A stretch of DNA of 64,000 bases from Acidobacteriota bacterium. Its GTDB lineage: Bacteria; Acidobacteriota; UBA6911. The position numbers and the translations under genes were made by a program. Below are positions 16,878 through 25,864 of the stretch, piece by piece (the first letter of the stretch is position 1; each line of letters begins with the position of its first letter). Under the pieces are notes generated by a model that saw nothing but the letters and a program-made list of their open reading frames with translations, had not been told where the DNA came from and searched no databases. The stretch lies in assembly GCA_963664705.1 (NCBI GenBank), contig OY761556.1:5472001-5536000 (forward strand). The letters run 5' to 3'.

Positions 16878-19838
16878 TTATTCGTAGAATAAATCGGTGT
16901 GGGAGAGATTCTTGTCCATGGGTGCTTTGTATTGATCCATTCGCGCGAGTGCCATAATTTTATCGCTTGGAGTATATTCCGGGACGATCTCTTTCATTTT
17001 GTCGACCAGGTCGGGGAGGTTTTTGGAATCGACCATGGAACCTAAATCCTTCAACCACTCTCTCACTTTTTCCGGGCTGACATAGCCACCGTCTAAAACT
17101 CTGATTTTCTCGTGAGAGGTCGGTTTAATGCCCTCACCTTCCAATCGGACTTCCTCAAACAACTTCTCGCCTGGACGGAGCCCGGTATAGACGATTGGGA
17201 TATCGATTTCGGGATCAAGCCCTGAAAGACGTATTAGCGCACGCGCCAGTTCAACAATCTTCACCGGTTCACCCATCTCCAATACGAAAATTTCGCCACC
17301 ATCGCCCATTGTTGAAGCCTGAAGGACCAGTTGCACGGCTTCCGGAATGGTCATGAAATATCGTTGGACCTCTGGATGGGTGACCGTGATCGGTTTTCGG
17401 GCTGCAATCTGTTGTTCAAAGATAGGCACAACACTGCCGCGGCTTCCAAGGACATTCCCGAATCGTACCGATACAAAGCGCGTGGAATGATGTTGCAGGC
17501 TCAGGATCAGCAATTCCGCAATACGTTTTGTCGCCCCCATGATGTTGGTGGGATTGACCGCCTTGTCGGAGGAGATCATCACAAAATCCTCAACCTTGAA
17601 TTGCTTTGAGACCAATGCCACATTGCGTGTTCCAAAGACATTGTTCCTGATTGCCTGAAAGCAGTTCAGCTCCATCATGGGTACGTGCTTATAAGCCGCG
17701 GCATGAAAGACCGAGTTAGGCCGATGGCTGCCAAAGGTTTCCTGCAATTGGTGCATGTCCAGAATGTCGCCGATCACCGAAATGCAGTTCACCGCGGGAT
17801 AGTTTTCTCTAAGCTCGTTCCCGATCTGGAAAAGGTCGCTTTCCGATCGTTCAAACAAAACGATTTTGGCCGGATCGAACGCGGCTATCTGACGGCACAA
17901 TTCGGATCCGATCGATCCGGCAGCGCCCGTGATCAGGACCACTTTGCCCTGCAGCTTGGTCCGGATATTCGCCAAATCCAGCTTTACAGGCTTTCGACCC
18001 AGAAGATCTTCGACTCGAACGTTGCGCAGGTTGCCTACCGATAACGCTCCTTTGATAATGTCGCCTATTGCGGGAAGCGTTTTGAACTCCACCTTGCACT
18101 CACGGCATTTATCAATGATGCGCTGGATCTGCCGGCCGGATGCCGACGGAATCGCTATAAAAATGTGGCCGACATCATTTCCTTTTATGAGGTCGGGGAG
18201 TGCATCAACATTTCCGAGGACTTTGACCCCCTGAATCTTTATTCCTTTCTTGCTCGGATCGTCGTCCACAAACCCCACGGCGTTGTAATCCAACTGTTCA
18301 TTGTCCCGCAGTTCGCGGGCAATAACGCTTCCTGCCCGTCCCGCGCCGATAATGAGAGTGTTTGTCTGGGTCAGGTAAATCCGGGCGCTTTCATAATAGG
18401 CCCTGACCGCAAAGCGAGCGCCGCCCACCATCAGAATGGTCAGGATTGGATCGATGACGAAAAGGGATCGGGGATAATTGCTTAAGCCATAGGTGAGGCC
18501 AATGCCTGCATAGATGAGTGGCGCGGAAACCGCCGCCGCCTTAATGATATCCAACAGGTCGCTCATCCCGACGTACCGCCACCAGCCGCTGAACAAACGA
18601 AAAATGGAAAATACGATCAGCTTGATCAGCAGGACAAGAAGCAGTGTGCTGAAAAAAACCGCGCGATATGGGTCCGGGAGGCTGATGTCCAGCCTCAACA
18701 TGAAGCTCAAGTAATAGCTGAGCGAAATCAGGCATAAGTGAGAAAAAACAATCACCAGCTTGCGATAGCGCAAAGCATAAGCCCGAACGTGCGGTTTCAG
18801 CGATGCTGCAGCGTTTCGTTCGCACCCGGAGACGAAGAGCCAGAGGCCAAGAGCCAGAACCGGGAGAACAACAACGCCGTCAATGGCCAATCCGATTTGT
18901 CCCTGTGACCATGAGAATGCCAGCGCGGCGCCGGCGAGCGAAAGCGAACCATAAAGAAGAGCAACGGAACCGGGTCCCTGCCCCGCGATCATCAGGCGCT
19001 GATACAGGTGAGAGCGGTGCGCGAGAAACACATTTTCGTGATTGATAAGCCTGCGAAAAAAAGTGAGGACGGTATCGAAAACAAAAGGCCAGACAAGCAT
19101 CAGGCCGACAAAAAAGGCTCCAGGCATTCCGGGGTTCAGCCTGGTACAAATCAGCGGGAAAACCGCGAAACTGTACCCCAGAAAGGCGCTTCCCACATCG
19201 CCCATGAAGATTCTTGCCGGCGTCCAATTGTGCCGCAGGAACCCCATACTGCTGGCGACAATTAGAATTCCGGGAACAGAAAGCATGGTTTGGCCGCTGA
19301 TGATTCCAACGTAGCACCAACCTGCGCCGGCGATAACTGCTTGCAGCCCCGCAATACCGTCGCTGCCATCCATGAAGTTGTAGGCGTTGGTGAGCCCCAC
19401 AATCCAGAGGAAAGTAAGAAAAAGGCCGACGTATCCCAAATCCACCGGAGTGTGAAAAGGTAAGGAGATCTTCGTCCAATACCCACATCCCATGATGGCT
19501 ATCGCGGCTGCAATGCTGTGCATCAGGAAGCGGATCCAACTGGGAAGAGGATGCAGATCATCCAGCCAACTGACAATCGCTATCAGCAACGCGCCAATGA
19601 CATAATATGGAAATCCCGGCCAGAGTTGAGATGGCTGCAATACCCTCCAGCCGATGCCGCCAAGAAGCGTGATGAGAACGATCGCCAGACCTCCCCCGCG
19701 CGGCGTCGGTCGGACGTGTGAACTGCGTTCATTCGGAATGTCCAGGATTTGACGCTTTCGAGCCCAGTCGCCGTAGACTCGCACCAAGAAATAGGAAATT
19801 AGGAATGCCATGAATGCAATGGCAAACAATAAGTGCAT
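16878..19838 (-). CDS. Fusion of a WecA/WbpL-like polyprenyl-phosphate HexNAc-1-P transferase and a CapD/WbpM/PglF-like UDP-GlcNAc 4,6-dehydratase
   Basis: N-terminal DIPNERSSH..PTPRGGG, NAYNFMDGSDG, IFMGDVGS, AHRSHLYQ; C-terminal TGAAGSIGSEL, HAAAYKHVP, SSDKAVNPTNIMGATKR, RFGNVLGSRGSV, GLRPGEKL; one open frame. Confidence 0.9.
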   Translation of the reverse strand: MHLLFAIAFMAFLISYFLVRVYGDWARKRQILDIPNERSSHVRPTPRGGGLAIVLITLLGGIGWRVLQPSQLWPGFPYYVIGALLIAIVSWLDDLHPLPSWIRFLMHSIAAAIAIMGCGYWTKISLPFHTPVDLGYVGLFLTFLWIVGLTNAYNFMDGSDGIAGLQAVIAGAGWCYVGIISGQTMLSVPGILIVASSMGFLRHNWTPARIFMGDVGSAFLGYSFAVFPLICTRLNPGMPGAFFVGLMLVWPFVFDTVLTFFRRLINHENVFLAHRSHLYQRLMIAGQGPGSVALLYGSLSLAGAALAFSWSQGQIGLAIDGVVVLPVLALGLWLFVSGCERNAAASLKPHVRAYALRYRKLVIVFSHLCLISLSYYLSFMLRLDISLPDPYRAVFFSTLLLVLLIKLIVFSIFRLFSGWWRYVGMSDLLDIIKAAAVSAPLIYAGIGLTYGLSNYPRSLFVIDPILTILMVGGARFAVRAYYESARIYLTQTNTLIIGAGRAGSVIARELRDNEQLDYNAVGFVDDDPSKKGIKIQGVKVLGNVDALPDLIKGNDVGHIFIAIPSASGRQIQRIIDKCRECKVEFKTLPAIGDIIKGALSVGNLRNVRVEDLLGRKPVKLDLANIRTKLQGKVVLITGAAGSIGSELCRQIAAFDPAKIVLFERSESDLFQIGNELRENYPAVNCISVIGDILDMHQLQETFGSHRPNSVFHAAAYKHVPMMELNCFQAIRNNVFGTRNVALVSKQFKVEDFVMISSDKAVNPTNIMGATKRIAELLILSLQHHSTRFVSVRFGNVLGSRGSVVPIFEQQIAARKPITVTHPEVQRYFMTIPEAVQLVLQASTMGDGGEIFVLEMGEPVKIVELARALIRLSGLDPEIDIPIVYTGLRPGEKLFEEVRLEGEGIKPTSHEKIRVLDGGYVSPEKVREWLKDLGSMVDSKNLPDLVDKMKEIVPEYTPSDKIMALARMDQYKAPMDKNLSHTDLFYE

Positions 19839-19876
19839 CGGAACACCAATCGGTTTTCGGTTGAAAAGACGCGCGA

Positions 19877-20746
19877 TTATACCAGTCCGAGATCAATCAG
19901 TTCCATACGAATCCCCTCGAAAAAGGAGCGGGGCTTATACCCGAAATCCATGGTTGCGGGCGAGTGGTCAAAACATTTGTCCTCGATGAGCCTCAGGATC
20001 TGCTCGGATTTGATGGGTAAACGGAACGGAAGATGCTCGCAGGCGCGCAATATCCACACAAACGGAGCCGTCGGGAAAGGCAGCTTTAGGACAGGCCGAT
20101 GCAACAGATTCCCAATGGTGGTGATGACTTCACTGAAGGACAGAGCCGTGCCGCCGGATAGGTTGTAAGAGTTTTTGATCGATTCCTTTGACTGGAGGCA
20201 CTGAATGACGGCATTGGCGATATCATCAACGTATACCGGTTGCTGCAGCGCGTTACCGCCGCCAAAAACAGGCACGCAATGCCATCGACGGATGAGGCGG
20301 ATCAGACGGCACATATTCCGATCGCGGGAGCTGCCGTAGATCATGGTGGGGCGCAACACCGTGTAGTTGAGGCTGCTGTTTTGAATGGTTTTTTCGGCGG
20401 CCAGCCGGACCGCTTTGCTGGGCGCATTCAACCTGGTGAAAATGGAAGTTGTGCTGATGAAAATTGCCCGTTGTACGCCGGCCCGCTCCGCCGCTTTTAC
20501 AATTGCCGGCGCATGACCGAATCCAATCGACGCAATGTTGGCCAGCACATCCATGCCTGCCATCGCCTGATGAAGGGAATCCGTATTGCCAAGGTCCCCG
20601 CGTATAATGCGGACCTGCGACGGAAGCCTGGCGGCATCGCTCTGTGGGCGTACCAGACATGTCACTTCAGCTCCCTGATCCAGCAAACGGGGCACGAGTC
20701 GGCTTCCAGTAAAGCCAGTCGCTCCGGTTACCAGTACCTTCATCAT
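19877..20746 (-). CDS. NAD-dependent epimerase/dehydratase (atypical SDR)
   Basis: VLVTGATGFTG, LRPTMIYG, QPVYVDD. Confidence 0.85.
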   Translation of the reverse strand: MMKVLVTGATGFTGSRLVPRLLDQGAEVTCLVRPQSDAARLPSQVRIIRGDLGNTDSLHQAMAGMDVLANIASIGFGHAPAIVKAAERAGVQRAIFISTTSIFTRLNAPSKAVRLAAEKTIQNSSLNYTVLRPTMIYGSSRDRNMCRLIRLIRRWHCVPVFGGGNALQQPVYVDDIANAVIQCLQSKESIKNSYNLSGGTALSFSEVITTIGNLLHRPVLKLPFPTAPFVWILRACEHLPFRLPIKSEQILRLIEDKCFDHSPATMDFGYKPRSFFEGIRMELIDLGLV

Positions 20747-21993
20747 CTCCCTCTCCCGGCAAATTCGGCTCTGGTATGCTCGAGAATCTCCAGATAACGT
20801 TTTGCAAGTGCCTGGCGCGAGTAGTTTTCGACGACGAAATGCCGCCCGCGTTGCCCCATGGTTCGTGATTCTTCGGCATGGGCGTGCATCCGGCGAATCC
20901 CGGTGGCAATCGCTGCCGCATTCTCGGGTTCAACCACCAGGGCCGCTCCAGACCGGTTCAATATGTCCGCAGCCTCGCCTCGGACGCTGGCGACAATCGG
21001 TCGCTCCATTGCCAGAATTTCAAACATTTTCGATGGTATAAAAGTGTCGAACAGAGGGATTGCTCTCAACGGAACAAGGCAAACGTCGGAAAGCGCATAA
21101 TAGTTGCGGACCTCCTCCTTTCCAACCGGATCAAGGAATTGGACGTTCGACAGCCGCTTCTCCGCAGCCGCGCGAACGAGGCGGTCCTTTTCAGCACCCT
21201 CTCCAACGAAAAGAAAGCGGATTTGCGATTCGTTGGATAATAGTTCTGCGGATTCGAGTATTTTTGTGAGAGCTTGCGAGATTCCGTGGGCGCCGATGTA
21301 TAGAACGACAAACTTGCCCTCCAGTCCCAGCTGCAACCGCAATCCGGGATTTGCCTGGTCGGGACGCCAGAAATCAATATCCGCGCCGTTTAAAATTGTC
21401 GAAACCTTTTTTCCCGGGATCCCTCGTGACACAAGATTACTTCGAAAGGATTCGGTAACTGTGATGATATGGTCCGCGCGTCGATATAGCGCGAGTTCCC
21501 ATTTTTCGAGCCATCGAATCAGAAAAGGATTTTGGAGCACTCCCAGTTCTACGAAGATTGCAGGCCATAAATCACGAACCTCCATTACAAACGGAATGCC
21601 GAGGCGATTCGATAATGCGGCTGCCGACATTGCCGCAAAAAAGGTAGGGGAAGTGCCAATTGCGATGTCCTGCTTTACGATTCGATGATTGGTAAGAATA
21701 CGCGCGGACGGCCAAAAGGAGAGATGACCTATAGTTTTCTTCAGGATACCTTTGTTGGGCGTGACATAGGTCCAGTTGCGATACACCCGAATTCCGTCGA
21801 GGTCCTCATGCATTCGAAGCGCGGGCCTATAGCCGGGATACAGTTTGCCGGCAGGATGATTGGGAAAGCAGGTCACTACAGAAACATCATTCCCCAATGA
21901 CAGCCATTGCCGTGCGAAATCATGAATACGAGCGGAAGGAGCTCCGATCTCAGGCGTAAAGTAGTGGGAGTAATATGCAATTTTCATTTGCAT
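20743..21993 (-). CDS. GT4 glycosyltransferase, WbuB-like
   Basis: YFTPEIGAPSAR, FPNHP, EVRDLWP, NGAD, PSKMFE. Confidence 0.9.
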   Translation of the reverse strand: MQMKIAYYSHYFTPEIGAPSARIHDFARQWLSLGNDVSVVTCFPNHPAGKLYPGYRPALRMHEDLDGIRVYRNWTYVTPNKGILKKTIGHLSFWPSARILTNHRIVKQDIAIGTSPTFFAAMSAAALSNRLGIPFVMEVRDLWPAIFVELGVLQNPFLIRWLEKWELALYRRADHIITVTESFRSNLVSRGIPGKKVSTILNGADIDFWRPDQANPGLRLQLGLEGKFVVLYIGAHGISQALTKILESAELLSNESQIRFLFVGEGAEKDRLVRAAAEKRLSNVQFLDPVGKEEVRNYYALSDVCLVPLRAIPLFDTFIPSKMFEILAMERPIVASVRGEAADILNRSGAALVVEPENAAAIATGIRRMHAHAEESRTMGQRGRHFVVENYSRQALAKRYLEILEHTRAEFAGRGR

Positions 21994-23969
21994 TCAGGTG
22001 TTCCATTTTGGGATAGGCTCAACAAGGATTCGCGTCCGGCATAGTCGATCCTAACTTGCACCTGGCCCGCTTCTCTCTGCAATATCGCCTGGCCGGCAGA
22101 GCCCTTCGATATCAAATATCCAAAGCAAACAGGCAAATCCGCGTTTGGCTGCATTGAAAGCACCGTGTTGGGTTCTCTTTCACCGAAAAACTCCGAATAC
22201 CAACCCTGTGGTTGAGGAGTCATCGCGCCGCGCTGCAGTTGATTGCTGCTGGCACCAAAAGTGGAAACAAACAGTTCCACAGCGGTTCCCTCTATATGCC
22301 AAAGCCCATCCTGAATCTCCTCCAGCCCGAGTTTGGGATGGAGATGCAGATAACTGACCGTTTTTGCAGGTGCCGTTCCATGAATCTCATCCAAGATCAG
22401 CCAGAATTGTCCAGGCTTCCAATACAAGGTGCGACGATGTATTGCTTGCGTGGCAAGGCGCATATAGCCATCATGGCTGCCCTGCACCACCAGATACTCC
22501 GGTGTCTCCAGCCAAAATACCTTTCCCGGCCGGGCACGCCGGGCTACTCGAAAACTGCTCCAAACCTCCGACTGGTTGGCTCCGTCCAGTTCCACCGTAT
22601 TGTGGGCTCTTGTCGAACGAAAGTAATCACGCCACTTTCCCGCGGCGTATCCATGGACTCCCGAATCGACAAAGATCCGCTCTCCGGATACGCGCAGTTC
22701 AAAGGAGAGCAAGTCCGCATGCGCATGAGCGGGCAGATAATCCGGGCAGGGTTTTCCTGCATCAAAAATGAGGTGGTCGCGAAGAGAGTCGTCCCGCATT
22801 ATGTAATACCGGCTGTCTGGGAGCTCCCGGCTCGGCACCAAGTCCGTATTCAAAGGATACCCCGCAAAGCGATTCCATCCCTCAGATCCAAAAAGGAGCA
22901 GCGGATAAAGACCGAAACTCTCGCTCCGCTTGAATTGCGGATCATTGAAATAGACAGCGCCCGCCGCCAGAAGATCAAAAAATGAAGTGCCTTCCCATGT
23001 CGTGTCTTTGAGAAGCGGCAATGCCCCATCGACTGGGGCGATATCAATCAAATAGCCGAGCATCCGCCGTACCGCGTCTTCCAGCCAATCCGGCACGCTT
23101 TCTTTCTGCTGACGAAGACAAAGCGCTATTTCCAGGCAATGCTTCAATACCTGGCAATGATAGCCGGGACTACGCTCAAAATGTCCGCCATCGCGTAGGA
23201 CCTGTTCTGCAAGTTCGCGCTGCAGCCGCTGCATAAGCGTCCCCAGTGATTGCGAGGCAGTTCCACCCGGGCTTGCTAATTCCCAGAAAATCAGTCCGCG
23301 GAGATTTGCGATCAGGTGATTTCCCCGTACATCGGTCTCCAGATCATGAGCCAGGATGTATGCCTGCGCCGAAAGGCTGGCCCGAAACCGCACATCAAAG
23401 GATGGATCGGCCGCCAGTCGGTCTGCAAAACCTGATAAGGCCTGCAGCCAGTTGATCATCCGAATGGAAATGGTGTATGGGTGCCATCCGTTGCCGCGAA
23501 TGCGATCGTTGTAGTCGATCCACGATGAAGCGATGGATCGGAATGTCTGGTATGCCGCTTCAGAATCACGACACACGGAATAGACCAGCAAATCCTGCAG
23601 ATAATCGAAATAATGAAGATGGTAAAGCCATAGTTGACTAAGACTCGAGTCCTGCCATCGAATCCCCGCATCGAATGGGACGGTGTACTTCAAAAAACAA
23701 AAGCGTTTACTGAGCAACCGTTCAGCATTCTCTGCGGATGCGGTCACATGTTCCTTCCAGGGACCGCTTCCCGCGAGCACTGCTGCATCCCAATGGAGAA
23801 TTCTCGGCGGATTTAAATCCGTTGCGGAAATACTCGGAACCTGTTTGTCGATGACCTTCCACCAGGCGTGGCGCAAATATCGACGGCCGCGGCAAAATAT
23901 CTGTTCTGCTCGCAAATGCCGCGCCGTGCTTAGGAACAACCTGGCCCGATGCATCGACTCCATGTTCAT
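21984..23969 (-). CDS. Heparinase II/III-like protein
   Basis: LWLYHLHYFDY, GNHLIAN, DGGHFERSPGYH, HAHADLLSFEL, RSTRAHNTV. Confidence 0.88.
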   Translation of the reverse strand: MNMESMHRARLFLSTARHLRAEQIFCRGRRYLRHAWWKVIDKQVPSISATDLNPPRILHWDAAVLAGSGPWKEHVTASAENAERLLSKRFCFLKYTVPFDAGIRWQDSSLSQLWLYHLHYFDYLQDLLVYSVCRDSEAAYQTFRSIASSWIDYNDRIRGNGWHPYTISIRMINWLQALSGFADRLAADPSFDVRFRASLSAQAYILAHDLETDVRGNHLIANLRGLIFWELASPGGTASQSLGTLMQRLQRELAEQVLRDGGHFERSPGYHCQVLKHCLEIALCLRQQKESVPDWLEDAVRRMLGYLIDIAPVDGALPLLKDTTWEGTSFFDLLAAGAVYFNDPQFKRSESFGLYPLLLFGSEGWNRFAGYPLNTDLVPSRELPDSRYYIMRDDSLRDHLIFDAGKPCPDYLPAHAHADLLSFELRVSGERIFVDSGVHGYAAGKWRDYFRSTRAHNTVELDGANQSEVWSSFRVARRARPGKVFWLETPEYLVVQGSHDGYMRLATQAIHRRTLYWKPGQFWLILDEIHGTAPAKTVSYLHLHPKLGLEEIQDGLWHIEGTAVELFVSTFGASSNQLQRGAMTPQPQGWYSEFFGEREPNTVLSMQPNADLPVCFGYLISKGSAGQAILQREAGQVQVRIDYAGRESLLSLSQNGTPECK

Positions 23970-24139
23970 TCTAAGATGCCCGTTCGTGCATGGAATAGAA
24001 GGCTACACCAGTAACTAAAAATGATACACACGATACCCCAGATTGCCCCATAGCTCACCAGGGTTTTCTACCAAGAGCCAAGATTCCAGATTTTGGCTTT
24101 GATGGTGGAGAGGATGTGAACGGTTGGAGTGGATGTTTA

Positions 24140-25864
24140 TCACAGAGGGCCGCTGCCCGTGGATTCCAAACGCGAGCGCGATGCCAGGATCCTCTCGAAA
24201 TGCTTCAAAACCGCTTCTACATTCTGTCTCCAGGTAAACGCACCGAGAACCATGTCCCGGGCATGATTCCCCAAGGTCTGGCGATCGAGAGGACTCATGC
24301 GAATGGCGTTACGAATGCCTTCCACCAGCGAATCCAGATCTCCAGGTTTAACAAGGAGAGCAGCGGCACTATCCTGATCGCGCCTCTTTTGTTGGGGTTC
24401 TCCCGGCTTCCATCCCCGGAGAACCAATCCAATCTGGTCCAGGTCGGAAGCCACGATGGGCTTTGCCATCGCCATATATTCGAACAGCTTTGTCGGGCTG
24501 CCAAAAAAGGGAGTCCCATCGGGGTTCGGGACATGAGGAGAAAGGCAGACATCGGACGCAGCCAATATGCCAGGCGTCTCATGTTGTGCGCGATACCCGG
24601 GAAGCGAAACAAAAGGAACATCTTTCAGAATCGAGCGGACCTTTTCTCCATACTGTCCATCTCCTACCAGGAGGAAATGTACCTTATGGCGCTCCAGCAA
24701 CGGACGATCATGAGCCTCCAGGTGTCGAATGGCTTTTGCCAGGATTTCGGTGCCATGCCATTGCCCGAAAGTTCCGACAAAGGTGAAAAGGTCTGCGTCT
24801 GCAGGGATGCCGAGATTCCGCCGTATTTCCCGCACCGATGATGAACCAAACCGCGCCGGGTCAAAGGTAGAAAGATCCACGCAATTGGGATAGAAAAGGA
24901 CCCTGTCCTCAGGAATTCCTGCGGCGCATACCTGTTTTCGGATCTCCTCCGACACGACCACCACGAGATCCGACATCATAAGATTGGCAATCTCGATCTG
25001 TTCGCCTATGGATTGGAAATGAAGGGGATCGCCCCAGTTGCGCTGGATCCAGGTCTCAAATCCATTGAACTCGAGGATCAGCGGTATCCCCAGCCTATGA
25101 CGCAAATAAATGCCGGTCATATCGTGCAGACTGTACCGCTGGTAGATAAAGTCCGGCTGGAATTCACTGATCTCTTTCAGCACGGCCCGGACAAACTTCC
25201 GATGATAGCGAAAACAATTCAATTCATGAGGGAAGGCAGCCATGGAATGAGGGGTAACGGATGCCTGGGCAACTTCGGAATTTATCAGGGGTTGCCGTGT
25301 TACGGCCACGAGCCGTACTTTTTTGCCGAGCGCACATAAGGCGTTGACAACGCCGGCAACGTGACCGATGGAGCCTCCCACCGGCACTCCAAAATTCAAT
25401 GCGGGTTTCAGATAGAGACATTTGTCTCCGATCCGCCCGGAATAGCGGATGCTTTTAGGTTGCCGACAAATCCGGCTACGACGGGAGACGTTTGCTGCCA
25501 GAGCTCCAAAACCACAGGCAATTCCAGCAACGATCCTTCCCACTGAGACGGGGAAAAGATATCGATGGATCGGGACCGGCGCTTTCCCCTGCGGAGCAAA
25601 CCAGCGTTTGGCGCGTGGAATGGCCATTGCAATCAGGGAAAGGATGTCTTTGAAGATGACCAGATCGGCATCTTCGCCGGTTACCGTGACTGTGGAAACG
25701 TCAAAGGCGCGGATGGTTTGGAATGCCTTGGCAAGGCCTCCCCTTCGCAGGGAGGCCAAATCCATATAGATGGCAGTGCTGGCGGAATAGGCCTCACGCA
25801 GTTCCTTTCGGAGCGGAACCGGTGAGAGGATGAGTTGGGTGTGGGCAGACTGCATCCGGTTCAT
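24140..25864 (-). CDS. GT4 glycosyltransferase with N-terminal extension
   Basis: GGSIGHVAGV, FIYQRYS, LEFNG, FVGTFGQWHG, FFGSPTKLFEYMAM. Start set at 25864 (ATGA overlap with the upstream stop). Confidence 0.85.
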   Translation of the reverse strand: MNRMQSAHTQLILSPVPLRKELREAYSASTAIYMDLASLRRGGLAKAFQTIRAFDVSTVTVTGEDADLVIFKDILSLIAMAIPRAKRWFAPQGKAPVPIHRYLFPVSVGRIVAGIACGFGALAANVSRRSRICRQPKSIRYSGRIGDKCLYLKPALNFGVPVGGSIGHVAGVVNALCALGKKVRLVAVTRQPLINSEVAQASVTPHSMAAFPHELNCFRYHRKFVRAVLKEISEFQPDFIYQRYSLHDMTGIYLRHRLGIPLILEFNGFETWIQRNWGDPLHFQSIGEQIEIANLMMSDLVVVVSEEIRKQVCAAGIPEDRVLFYPNCVDLSTFDPARFGSSSVREIRRNLGIPADADLFTFVGTFGQWHGTEILAKAIRHLEAHDRPLLERHKVHFLLVGDGQYGEKVRSILKDVPFVSLPGYRAQHETPGILAASDVCLSPHVPNPDGTPFFGSPTKLFEYMAMAKPIVASDLDQIGLVLRGWKPGEPQQKRRDQDSAAALLVKPGDLDSLVEGIRNAIRMSPLDRQTLGNHARDMVLGAFTWRQNVEAVLKHFERILASRSRLESTGSGPL

